Below, piece by piece: positions 21,239-31,498 of a stretch of DNA of 64,000 bases. A program made the position numbers and the translations under genes. The number at the start of each line of letters is the position of its first letter. Position 1 is the first letter of the stretch. Where the stretch lies: the NCBI GenBank assembly GCA_020184695.1, contig JAANOX010000153.1, positions 620,001-684,000 of the forward strand. The letters run 5' to 3'. Origin of the DNA: Histomonas meleagridis 2922-C6/04-290x. Taxonomy: Eukaryota; Protista; Parabasalia. The notes beneath the pieces were generated by a model that was given only the letters and a program-made list of their open reading frames with translations, was not told the origin of the DNA and did no database searches.

Positions 21239-21326
21239 TTTCTTAAGAAAACGATCAAAATTATGGGCTATAGCCCTGACTGAAATTTCAGTTATATAAC
21301 TGACTTTGTGGCACCCCAGATTCTGG
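21239..21326. repeat. Cluster of short perfect palindromes
   Basis: TTTCTTAAGAAA, GGGCTATAGCCC, ACTGAAATTTCAGT, TCAGTTATATAACTGA and CCAGA-T-TCTGG within 88 bp. Confidence 0.85.
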
Positions 21327-21360
21327 TACATGTTTATTCTTTTATTTGTGAAAATCTTAT

Positions 21361-21603
21361 TTAATTTTTTTTCTGTTTTGAAGCATAAATAATATTTTTT
21401 GATTCCACTTTTTCACCTAGGATTTTTTCTTGAAATAATTCAATTATTTTATTAAACCCATTTTCAGATGCAATCATAAATGCTGTTTTAAATAATTTCC
21501 AAATATTATTTTGAAATTTGAAATTATTAAACAAATACAAAATAAGCCAAATAAATATTTTTAAATTTAATATCAATTCCTTTTTGTTCGGGAACTGTTT
21601 CAA
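21361..21603 (-). pseudogene. Ankyrin-repeat fragment with linker insert
   Basis: EQKGIDIKFKN and TAFMIASENG lie in different frames, separated by the 70-nt conserved insert. Confidence 0.65.
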
Positions 21604-21774
21604 CTGCTTCTATTTTACCACTTAGATCTGAATTTCATTATATTTGATTGTAATTTAAATTGGTTTCCTCTCTGTAATGAAATTATTTGACTGAATAAAG
21701 GGTAAAATATTAAACAGACATAGTTAAATAAAAGGGTAATTTTACCTAAGCTAAAAAGGCTTTACAGCTGTAAA

Positions 21775-22344
21775 ATGTCAAACTCTATCATAGGCAGTAT
21801 ACTCTTCTGGGCAGAAATGCTAATTGCATTTGTCCTTCTAATCATTATATTCTTTGTATTTTTATATTTTTCTATGTCATTTGTCGAAGAAAGAATTCGT
21901 ATTATAACAAAAATCACACGGATCTGGATATTACTTATTCTAATAATTTCATTGCTCATACCATTTACAGAGTTAGGCTTTTCATGTTTTATTTCTGTTT
22001 TTGGTGCTAATTGTTTATGGCTATCAGCATATTTACGAGGTTTTCCATTCATTAGCATATTTTCACCTGACCTAGTATTGGGTCTGGTATTTTCCTTTGT
22101 CGCACATTTTACGTGGATGGCAAAATTTTTCACAGTAAATGTTAGTGGAATTGCCGCAATTTGTTATTATGTTTTTCTTATTTGGGGAATTCCAATCGCT
22201 TCCATAGTTTCGATGTCAGTCACAGATGAAGTCTCATCAAAGACAAGGTCTAATGTTCAAGCGCACAGCATTTGGAATGGAGTCATCGATAAAATTATCA
22301 ACAAAGTCAAAGCTGTACTTCCACAGTCCGAAAAATTTGATTAA
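21775..22344 (+). CDS. TEX261/Svp26-like ER-Golgi membrane protein
   Basis: Multi-TM protein with FVEE, FPFISIFSP, AHF...FF and LIWGIPIASIVSMS matching the TEX261 pattern. Confidence 0.7.
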   Translation: MSNSIIGSILFWAEMLIAFVLLIIIFFVFLYFSMSFVEERIRIITKITRIWILLILIISLLIPFTELGFSCFISVFGANCLWLSAYLRGFPFISIFSPDLVLGLVFSFVAHFTWMAKFFTVNVSGIAAICYYVFLIWGIPIASIVSMSVTDEVSSKTRSNVQAHSIWNGVIDKIINKVKAVLPQSEKFD

Positions 22345-23019
22345 AGCAAAACTTAAAAAGGAAAATAAGTTAAATAAAAAATTGTTTTTATTCATATTTG
22401 ATTTTTGATTGTAATTTTTAAAATAATTCTTTTTTATGCGATATATCATATCATATGAAATGGAAATAGAAAATGTTAAATAATGAAAAATTGAAATGTA
22501 TTTATAAAGTTGTTAGGAAAAAAATTCAAACTATTTAATAAAATAATTAAAAGTTGGTACATATGCTTAATAGTGAAATTTGATAGATTTGTTCTTAAAC
22601 AGAAAGTTATATACACAGATATTTAGAAGGAAATCAGATAAAAAGTTATTCTCTCAAAATATGTACATTATCCAACATATTAAATTTAGAATTTTTTTTA
22701 TAAATATAAATACCATGAATATTTGCGTTTATTTTATTATTACAATCACCATAAAGTTTTATAATCATCAATAAACATGATTTCGTAAAAAGTAAGATCT
22801 AAATCAAACCGTATTTATAATGTTGCTAAATTGTGACAATTTTTTGCCCTTGGCAAACCAACAAACACATTAGTCTTAGACTTTGTGGTACACAAAATGA
22901 AATTAATTAAGATGATCAAGAAAAAATTTATAAAATAGGAATTTTTATAATAACATAATACAAACGAAAGAGTTTTTCGAAACACATAATCCATCATTTA
23001 AAAAATGTTAAATCCATTG

Positions 23020-23394
23020 ATCTTCTTCATCTTTAGCCAATTACTCAATTTTATCATTAACTTCTTCAAGTAGCATTGTATATGTAGCATATAAAAGTTA
23101 TTTCTTTGAACTCCAATACATGTGATATTTCTTTCTTATTATTTGATCTTTTCAGCATCAAACCAACAATCACGAAAAGAATAACAGAGAAGGAAAATAT
23201 AAGGGCAACAAGCCAGCTGTTGTATGTCCGCCATTATTTGTTGGCATATCTGGATAAATTAAAGTGAAGAAAGCAGAGTAATAACTATATAACGTTGTGG
23301 AAATGATTATTTTGTAATTATAAAATAAAAATTGTGAATTTACATTTGTGAAATCGTTTCCAAAAACAGAAACAGTAAAAAAATTTGATATCAA
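23020..23394 (-). pseudogene. Remnant of a type I surface-protein C-terminus (TM plus tail)
   Basis: A frameshifted reading gives ...PDMPTNNGG / WLVALIFSFSVILFVIVGLMLKRSNNKKE..., with stops. Confidence 0.3.
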
Positions 23395-24077
23395 AATATT
23401 GATATGAATTTAAAACAACCATATAAAAAAAGAATTGAAAAAAATTAAAAATTTGTTTTTACTTCTTTTTAGTGTATAAAATATTAGAAATGAATAAAAT
23501 TAAAAATGGAACAAAATGAATGTTTGTGAAATTCTAAACCATTTTTGATATTATCATAGATAAGATTTTGCTTTGCAAATAAAGACAAATCATTCACATG
23601 AGTTCTGTTTAAGATTAAGTATAACAGAGAACCAAAATTTGATATGTGAAAAAATAAAAAAATTGAAAAAATAGTTGATAAATAATAATTATTAGGAAAA
23701 TGATAAATTGCGAATAATAATTCGTTTTTGTGAAAAGATATCTTCTAACAGTTCATAAAGAAACTTGGAATTAATATGAAAGGTTTTCTATTCTTTGAAC
23801 CCCCCAATGGATTTGTTAATGCTGGGATGTTTCATTCACATTTTTTGTTTAACAAAATATGATGCATCTTGCATGTATGATTTTATTTATAAAATTAAAT
23901 GAACATAAAACATTTTTATTTAAGCTTTCATTTATATTAACAGGATAAATTTTGGATCAATGTAAAATAATGGAATCCTAAACTTCGTCAAGGTGGGCAT
24001 TGAATCATCCACTTTTTGATTGATCTGCCCTATACACAACCGCTGGAAATGACCGTTAAGATGATTTCCAGCAAAAA

Positions 24078-25124
24078 ATGGAAATAATTGATGATTTTAT
24101 TAATAAGTGTAAAGGAATAAAAACAATAGATATAGTTGGTGACATGTTTATTCCAGGCAAAGCAAATATTTACATTTCTGATCAACAATTAGCAATCTCT
24201 AAAAGTTTATATAAAAAAATACTTAAATATACAACAGAAAACATAAGTACTGATCCCATACGTTGTTCTCATGCAGGGGCACTTATTGGTTCATTTGATG
24301 ATCGAATTTGGATTACTCGACTCAAAAATAAGTATCTTCCACTTCGTGAAGAAATTCAATTGTGTCACCTTGGACTTACCGCGAATCCTAAATCACCCAG
24401 TGCCTTTGAGAATATACGCTTTTTATTACGAGATTGTCATGATCCAGAAATTATCCAAGAAGAGCTTAAATTTTGCGAAGTTCTCACAACCCGTCGTACA
24501 CGTAACGCATTGTTATGGCGTCACCGGGTTTGGTGCTGCAAAACCTTTCATACGGAAGATCAAGATCTTTCCTGGGCCAAAAAATGGGTTGAATCACATC
24601 CATCTGATTGTTCAGCATTTTATTTCCTTGAGCATCTAATGCCCACTGATCGAGAATCCCTTATTTCTGCTCTTGCAGATAATACAAGTTCAATTTTCTC
24701 ACTTCCAGGACATGAAAGCATTTGGTTTCATCGAAGATTTATTCTTCAAAAATTAATTCCATATTTAAACCTTCCAAATGAGTGGAAACCATTGAGTTCT
24801 CCGACTGAAGAAATCGAATTTCCTCTTTGCAAAGGTGAAAGGAGAATTCGATACGGATACCAAAAGATTTGCAATGAGTTTAAGATATCAATTTCAATGG
24901 TATTCCAACAAACAAATGATGAAAACAATGAGATTAATATTGACTTAAGAAATGAAGATCTAATTATAGCATTGGCAAGGGGTGATAATTACCCTGTGGA
25001 GTACGAAAAACAAAAAGACTCTGCTGAAAAACATTATAAATGGTTAAGGTTCATATTTATGAAAATGTTTACTTCAGCATTTTCCATTCAGACAGACATT
25101 GTTAAAATTTCTGATATTTATTAA
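24078..25124 (+). CDS. Protein prenyltransferase alpha-subunit repeat protein (PTAR1-like)
   Basis: PPTA-like repeats NPKSPSAF, RNALLWRHR, HPSDCSAFYF and PGHESIWFHRR. Confidence 0.75.
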   Translation: MEIIDDFINKCKGIKTIDIVGDMFIPGKANIYISDQQLAISKSLYKKILKYTTENISTDPIRCSHAGALIGSFDDRIWITRLKNKYLPLREEIQLCHLGLTANPKSPSAFENIRFLLRDCHDPEIIQEELKFCEVLTTRRTRNALLWRHRVWCCKTFHTEDQDLSWAKKWVESHPSDCSAFYFLEHLMPTDRESLISALADNTSSIFSLPGHESIWFHRRFILQKLIPYLNLPNEWKPLSSPTEEIEFPLCKGERRIRYGYQKICNEFKISISMVFQQTNDENNEINIDLRNEDLIIALARGDNYPVEYEKQKDSAEKHYKWLRFIFMKMFTSAFSIQTDIVKISDIY

Positions 25125-25225
25125 AAAGTGAATTATTCTGTAAATAAACTATTAAAAAAATCACCAATTTTGTAATTTCAATGATTTATTAAACGGTTTT
25201 ATGCTGGGTTGTGAATTGATGAAGA

Positions 25226-27712
25226 ATGAATATTTCACAGATTTTATGGAATTCTTTCTGCGGGAACCCTGATGAAATCAGAGAAGCTGAAAATATCCTC
25301 CTTAATACAGAGCCAACATTGGAATTTTGCCAATCTTTTTTTCAAATAATTGAAGGAAATTATCCAACTCAACTACGCATATCAGCTTTGATTCGCATTG
25401 TTCAAATAATTAGAAATGGATGGAAGGAAAAACTTTCACAACCTACAAAAGATTTAATTTTTCAACATTTTATAATAATATTGAATAATTATGATAATTG
25501 TCTTGAAAAGTTTATCCTTTTGTTTTCTGATTACATGGTCGCTGCTTTTTTTAATGGTGAATTTGATTTTTTGATTAATTTATTAAACTTTTCAGATCTT
25601 CAAGATAACAATTTTTCCAAAGTAAATGCATTACTAATTCTATCATATTCCATTTCAAAGCATCTTAAACATTTTTTTACTGAGACAAAAAAATCTTTTT
25701 ATTTACAATTTTCAACACAATTCATTTCTACTTTTTTAAAGTATTACCACCAAACCACTTGTATTCCACACCTATCATTAATTCTTAAAACCATTACAAA
25801 TCTTTGTCATAAAGATATTTATTCATTAGTCATTAACAACTCCGAACTTTTTACAATTCTTTTTACTAAAGAAGAACTTCTTCAAACCGAAAATGAGTTT
25901 TCTATCTCATTTATTAAGTTTATTAGATTTATATTACGAAGTTCAACATTACCAAATCACGATCAAACAATTTCATTATTTAATTGCATTCTTAACTTAT
26001 TTAAGCAAGACATTTCACCGAAACTAATTTATTATTCTAGTTTAACATTATCTAAATTAATCAAAAGTGAAATTATTTGGGGATTAATTCAATCGAATTT
26101 TCTTGAATTTTTTAAAACTTTTTTATTTCCTTTCTTCATTATTAATGATGAAGACAAAAATGATTTTGTATATAATCCATTAGAATTTATTACAAATATT
26201 TTCCCATCATATTTAAGTTTATATGATAAAAGATCAGCAATTTCCTATGTAATATTAAGTATAGCTGAAAGATATAATGAGTTTCCTATTTTTGTTAGTA
26301 ATATAACATTAGAAATTATTAATTCGAATTCTGAAGATTTTATATTTTCATTTTTATGTATTAATTATTTAATAATTGATAAATTGCCTTTAGAAATATT
26401 ATCGAATTTAATATTCATATATTATAATTTAATAAATTGTGATTCGGCTTTAATTAAAGCTGCTGCATTTCGTTTGGTTTCGATAATTAATGTCGAATTA
26501 CCATTTGAGTTCTTCATTTTGGCTTTAAATCATTTGAATAACGAATTTTATATTGTGAAATTTTTTGCGGCAAAAGAAATTTCTTCCTATTTAATAAATG
26601 TTAAAGAGAAAAAAGAAGAAATTTTGGGCTTTTGTGTACCGAATTTTAATTTTTTGTTCGAAACTTTAATTCAACTTTTGTTAAATTGTTTCGAGATACA
26701 ATTAATACCATTAATCAAGATTTATATTAAATATTTTAATGATTTTATTATCCCTTATTCAGAAAACTTAAGTTTAATCCTTTTTGCTATTTTTAATGAT
26801 GAGATTTCATCAATTGATAATGAGTCACTTCATAAAATTTCGAAATTAATTTGTAAACTACAAAGAAATTATCAAAATAAAAATAATTTATTAGTTAATA
26901 TATTAAATTGTTTTCCTAATTATAATTCAATCATCCAATCATATGTGATTGAAATAATTGTGGAAATATTAAATACGTCAAATTTCGATCCGTTGTTTTG
27001 GCAAATTATCAATGTAATTCCAAAATTTGTTTATGAGCAAAAGAATGAATGTTATCAAGACGAAATGAATTTATTGAAAGTATTCTTGGTTAATGTTAGA
27101 AAAACACAATTGTTTGACTTAAACTGTATTGATTTATTGTTTCAAAAGTCTTTCCAAATTTTTGTTGACCAAAAAGAAGAAGATTATTCGATCGCATTAC
27201 AAATAATCGGTTATATATTTGTCACTTTTATTGGAAACGGTAATTTGTTAGAAAAGTACGTTCAAAATGTTCTGAAAATTTTGAATAATTGTATCAATTT
27301 TTCAAACGTTTATTCCGAACTGTCATTTTTAATAAGTTCGTTAATATTGTACAATGTTCAAATAATTAATCTGTTTGAAGAAAGGGTTATGTTACTTTGG
27401 TTAGAGAATTGTGATTTTCCTTATTTCGTGGTTCCGGCCTTATATATTTTTGATAAGGTGAATCAAGATCTTCAAAAACAAATTCTAATTATTGTATATG
27501 AGCAAATTTCTGATGAAACAAATTATAAAAAACAAATTTATGAAAATTTTCCCGAATATACACAAAGCGAAGTTCTCAAATTTTTTTGTAATTTTGTTGA
27601 AAAATTAAAAATCGAGTCACCTTTAATGTACCAAGCATTTAGCGATGAAACGTTTCCTTTTTTGCAAGAGAAATTACCATTTATTTTGAATACTTTGAAT
27701 GTAAATGAATAA
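25226..27712 (+). CDS. Divergent importin-beta family (importin-7/8-like) HEAT protein
   Basis: IBN_N-like IREAENIL...LRISALIRI...NGW and DFVYNPLEFI; helical repeats throughout. Confidence 0.6.
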   Translation: MNISQILWNSFCGNPDEIREAENILLNTEPTLEFCQSFFQIIEGNYPTQLRISALIRIVQIIRNGWKEKLSQPTKDLIFQHFIIILNNYDNCLEKFILLFSDYMVAAFFNGEFDFLINLLNFSDLQDNNFSKVNALLILSYSISKHLKHFFTETKKSFYLQFSTQFISTFLKYYHQTTCIPHLSLILKTITNLCHKDIYSLVINNSELFTILFTKEELLQTENEFSISFIKFIRFILRSSTLPNHDQTISLFNCILNLFKQDISPKLIYYSSLTLSKLIKSEIIWGLIQSNFLEFFKTFLFPFFIINDEDKNDFVYNPLEFITNIFPSYLSLYDKRSAISYVILSIAERYNEFPIFVSNITLEIINSNSEDFIFSFLCINYLIIDKLPLEILSNLIFIYYNLINCDSALIKAAAFRLVSIINVELPFEFFILALNHLNNEFYIVKFFAAKEISSYLINVKEKKEEILGFCVPNFNFLFETLIQLLLNCFEIQLIPLIKIYIKYFNDFIIPYSENLSLILFAIFNDEISSIDNESLHKISKLICKLQRNYQNKNNLLVNILNCFPNYNSIIQSYVIEIIVEILNTSNFDPLFWQIINVIPKFVYEQKNECYQDEMNLLKVFLVNVRKTQLFDLNCIDLLFQKSFQIFVDQKEEDYSIALQIIGYIFVTFIGNGNLLEKYVQNVLKILNNCINFSNVYSELSFLISSLILYNVQIINLFEERVMLLWLENCDFPYFVVPALYIFDKVNQDLQKQILIIVYEQISDETNYKKQIYENFPEYTQSEVLKFFCNFVEKLKIESPLMYQAFSDETFPFLQEKLPFILNTLNVNE

Positions 27713-28012
27713 ATTATAAATATTTCGAACTGTAAAATCGACTTTTTCAATAGTTATCGTCCGACGTGAATCTTTTGACTCTATTTTATTTCATCTATAA
27801 TAATTGCTGTCTGATTCAATGTTTTGAGTGACCCTGTAATCGATTGCGAGCTATTCCTTGTGCTCATTTTCATTTGATCGAAACCCATAAATCAATTCCT
27901 ATCGTTGGTTGCCACACTCAAATAAAGTTCTGAAATAATTTCTAACCACATCTTTTACAATAGTTTACACAACGGAGTAAAAAAACGGTTTAAAAGACAA
28001 TAATATCGATAT

Positions 28013-28489
28013 TTAATCAGAAAATTCATCAAAGTCGCCATCAAAGTCATCATCAATTCTATGTGTAATAACTAATGGCCTTACAAAGAATATTGTAGCC
28101 AAAATCGCGGCAATTAATGCAACAATACCGAATATGAAAGCCAAGAAAATTCCGGTTCCGATTGTATCAAAGTAATGATCTGGAGCCTCTGTTGCAGCTG
28201 AAGCATCGACAGGTGTATCGTATTCCACTGATGGGTATTTAGTCATAGTGTAATTACTAGTTTCAATTGATGTTGAATTTGTTTCTACTTCAGTTGTGTT
28301 TGTTCCGACTGTAGTGGGTTCGTCTGTTCCTGTTGACCCAGTTATTTCAGCTGCGCCAGCTGTTAATTCAGTTGTTTCATCTGCGCCAGTTGTTGTATCC
28401 GTTGATGAGTCAGCGCTTTCCAATATTTCAGGGTTAGCATCTTGATTGAAGCTCGCGATGATGTAGGGGAGCAAGAGAAGCAAGAACAT
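28013..28489 (-). CDS. Mucin-like single-pass membrane protein
   Basis: Signal peptide, Thr/Ser/Glu-rich ectodomain, TM helix (GIFLAFIFGIVALIAAILATIFFV) and acidic tail. Confidence 0.75.
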   Translation of the reverse strand: MFLLLLLPYIIASFNQDANPEILESADSSTDTTTGADETTELTAGAAEITGSTGTDEPTTVGTNTTEVETNSTSIETSNYTMTKYPSVEYDTPVDASAATEAPDHYFDTIGTGIFLAFIFGIVALIAAILATIFFVRPLVITHRIDDDFDGDFDEFSD

Positions 28490-30114
28490 TTCTAAAGTTT
28501 TTCACAGGAAACCGTTTCATATTGAAATTACGGTTCGAGCTCCCAGCGACTGCCAACCGCCGCGTGGACACAATTGTTTTCAAAAAGTTCAATGTTTTTG
28601 AGGCATGAAGATTGGAATGCTTTTTCTAAAATAGAATTATGTGATTTCTTTCATTCAGTGAATGATGTTTTTATGTGTTAAATATTAAATATATTATCCA
28701 TTTCATCTTAGTTTTTCATGCTGTAATTAATATAAACAGAGATATTTATATTTCAATCTTATCTTTAAATAATTTATTGAAAAAGTTACTGATATAACGT
28801 TTTTTGCCTCCAAACAATATATTTAAACGTTTGATCAGTATTATCAATATTTAGAGTTACATGTAATGATGACCGCCTATTGTGATCGCAATATATATTC
28901 ATATTAAAATTATAAATGTAAACTATTTGATGGAAATATATTTGATACATTCTAAGATAGAAAATTGTGCTATATCTGAAGGATTAGATAAATCATCAGG
29001 TAAACCATATTGTAATGCATGAAAATACCATAAATAAAACAATTGTTTAAAGTATTGTGAATCAAACTAATTGTGGTCTTTTTCCAATTAAAACTCCACA
29101 AATTAATATGCAGAATATGGATTACCGCTATGTTTTAGATATATATCAAACCAATTAATTTTAATTTTAAGGGAACACTTGTGTGAAATAACAACGTTCT
29201 TCTTAATTTTATCAATGTTTAATATAAATTTTTATTTGGTTTTATATCGATTTTGAATCTTAATGGTGAGGATGGATATATTAAAACTTTAAGTACATTT
29301 CAGAATATATATATTTGATGATATGTTTTTCTAAATATTTCATGAAAATTCAATTTAATACATTCCAAGTTATATTAAAAGATAGAATTTGTATCACTTC
29401 TTTCTGTTTGATCATTAATTTCTATTATTTATATACATTACTATTCATTATTATTAAGACTTATTAAAATTTAACCAAAATATTTATTAACTATATACAC
29501 TTTGCAATTTACACTTTATTATTGAATTTCATGTAATAGACTAAATAGAAAACATTAATTCATGTTCCAAATTATAATTAACATGATATTAGCATAATAT
29601 TGGCATACGTATATTGTAAATTTTTTTTTGTTTCCTTTTGAATAGTTCTTGTTTTATTATTATTGATTTTAATATAATTTTTATTATCTTGAAAAATTAT
29701 TTTATTTCAAAATATTATTAATACCCAAAATGTAAATAAATTTATAGAACCAAGCATTTAGATATGATGTATTTTATTTAATATAAACAAATCAATAAAA
29801 TTCAATTTGAATGCATCTGATTAATTTTTATGAATGTAATGTAAATTTGATAAATATCCAATGCCTTTTGGATTTTCTTCGTTTGGTCATTTTAATTTCG
29901 AACATTTAGAAGCAAAAAATTAACTGAGTTAGAATCATATTCAAATCCCGAAACAAGAGTAAATGTTATGACGGCCTCACAAATTTGTGCGCCTGATATA
30001 CCGTAAAACATTCAAAAAACAAACACTGTCACAATATCATTTTTTAATACAAACATATTGAAATTTTCAATTAGTTTCATACAAAAAGCCTTTTTTTGGA
30101 TAGTTATTTTAATA

Positions 30115-30432
30115 ATGGGACGCCACAAGAAAACATTCAAACCAAAACACCAAATCATATTTACTCCTAATCTAATATATTATGTATTGAACTTTTCAGA
30201 TGGTAAGTTTACCCGAGATGCAGAAAACATTTTGAAAGAAATATCAAGATTATCAATTCGACATCCATCTCACACATATGAAAATGCAACGACAAATCCA
30301 AGTGTAGTCCCATCACGACCTGATCCAAACAGGAGTATTCCATATCAAAGATATATTACATCTAATATTGATGAGCTCCAAATTGATTTTGATGATGATT
30401 TCTTAAATGAGAACTGGGATTCTTTTAAATAA
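30115..30432 (+). CDS. Small hypothetical protein
   Basis: First ATG (MGRHKKTFK...) at 30115, preceded by a CCTTT (M5-like) motif. Confidence 0.55.
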   Translation: MGRHKKTFKPKHQIIFTPNLIYYVLNFSDGKFTRDAENILKEISRLSIRHPSHTYENATTNPSVVPSRPDPNRSIPYQRYITSNIDELQIDFDDDFLNENWDSFK

Positions 30433-30817
30433 AAAATATTTGATATAATATGTCTCATATTCATATAAATTTTATTACATTAAGTCATTGTAACTATTAA
30501 AGCACCGTCTTTTTTTCCCACCTTCAAAAACAAATTTTACATTCAAAATTTAATTATATTTCATTAAAACATTATTCATGTTATAACTTTTATATAGAAT
30601 TCATTATATCTATCGTGAAACGCATGTTTTCCCTCACCATCCATCATTATAAATATACCAAGTGATTGAAATCCTTCTTTACATTTAGACAAATAACTTT
30701 ATGTAATTAAATACTTTGTTTTAGTACTTTATTTCAAATCGAAAAAATTATTCATGCACATATAAAATCAAAATAAAATTACAAAACAATTTATAAAATA
30801 CAAACATAAAAACATTT

Positions 30818-31498
30818 TCATTCTGTTTTCAAATGTGATGGAACAAGTGGAATTAGTTTTTTACCATTATCCAAATATAATTGGTATTGTTCCTCTTTAT
30901 CTTTTTTCGTTTTTGGAAGTTTCTTCTTATGTTTATATGTATTATTGTTAATTGACATCAAAAATAAATTACGCGCAACAATTTTTGTGTCTTTTTCTTC
31001 TTTTTCTTGAGTGTTAAAATGTGTTTTGTCTAATTCAAAAGGTATGTCAGAGAGCTTTTGTGTAACATTAGATCTTCCAACTTGATTAACATCAAATTTA
31101 CCTGTGAAGCTACCAAACGTGCCATTAGACTCTCCAATATATTTCCATGAAATGTAAGTATGAGGTTCTTTTTGTCGTTTGCTTTGTGAAAAAGCATCGC
31201 GCGTTGTAAAGGCTCTGCGTCTTGAAATATTTTGTGCAGGAAATGGAAAAGGATCAGATTCAATTTGTTTTATTGCACTTTTTGGTGTTTGAATTGCCTT
31301 TAAATAGTGTGGCGTTTTATTTTGTGGTACTTTAGCTGGGGTTTCTATGGTTCCAATTTTCCATTTCTGTGTATTTTTTGGTTGATTGATGATTTGCGAT
31401 GCAAAACTATTATCTCTTACTTTAGGCACGTTGCGAGGAGGCACTGGATATAAATAAGGAAGGTTAATTGGTTCCATTGTTGAACCATTTTTTTCCAT
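30818..31498 (-). CDS. Basic, Pro/Lys-rich hypothetical protein
   Basis: Intact ORF; start uncertain (ATG at 31498 or 31525). Confidence 0.6.
   Translation of the reverse strand: MEKNGSTMEPINLPYLYPVPPRNVPKVRDNSFASQIINQPKNTQKWKIGTIETPAKVPQNKTPHYLKAIQTPKSAIKQIESDPFPFPAQNISRRRAFTTRDAFSQSKRQKEPHTYISWKYIGESNGTFGSFTGKFDVNQVGRSNVTQKLSDIPFELDKTHFNTQEKEEKDTKIVARNLFLMSINNNTYKHKKKLPKTKKDKEEQYQLYLDNGKKLIPLVPSHLKTE

Noticed and set aside
28532-28555. tRNA-like GGTTCGAG...CCA fragment
   Set aside because: The T stem does not pair and there are no D or anticodon arms.
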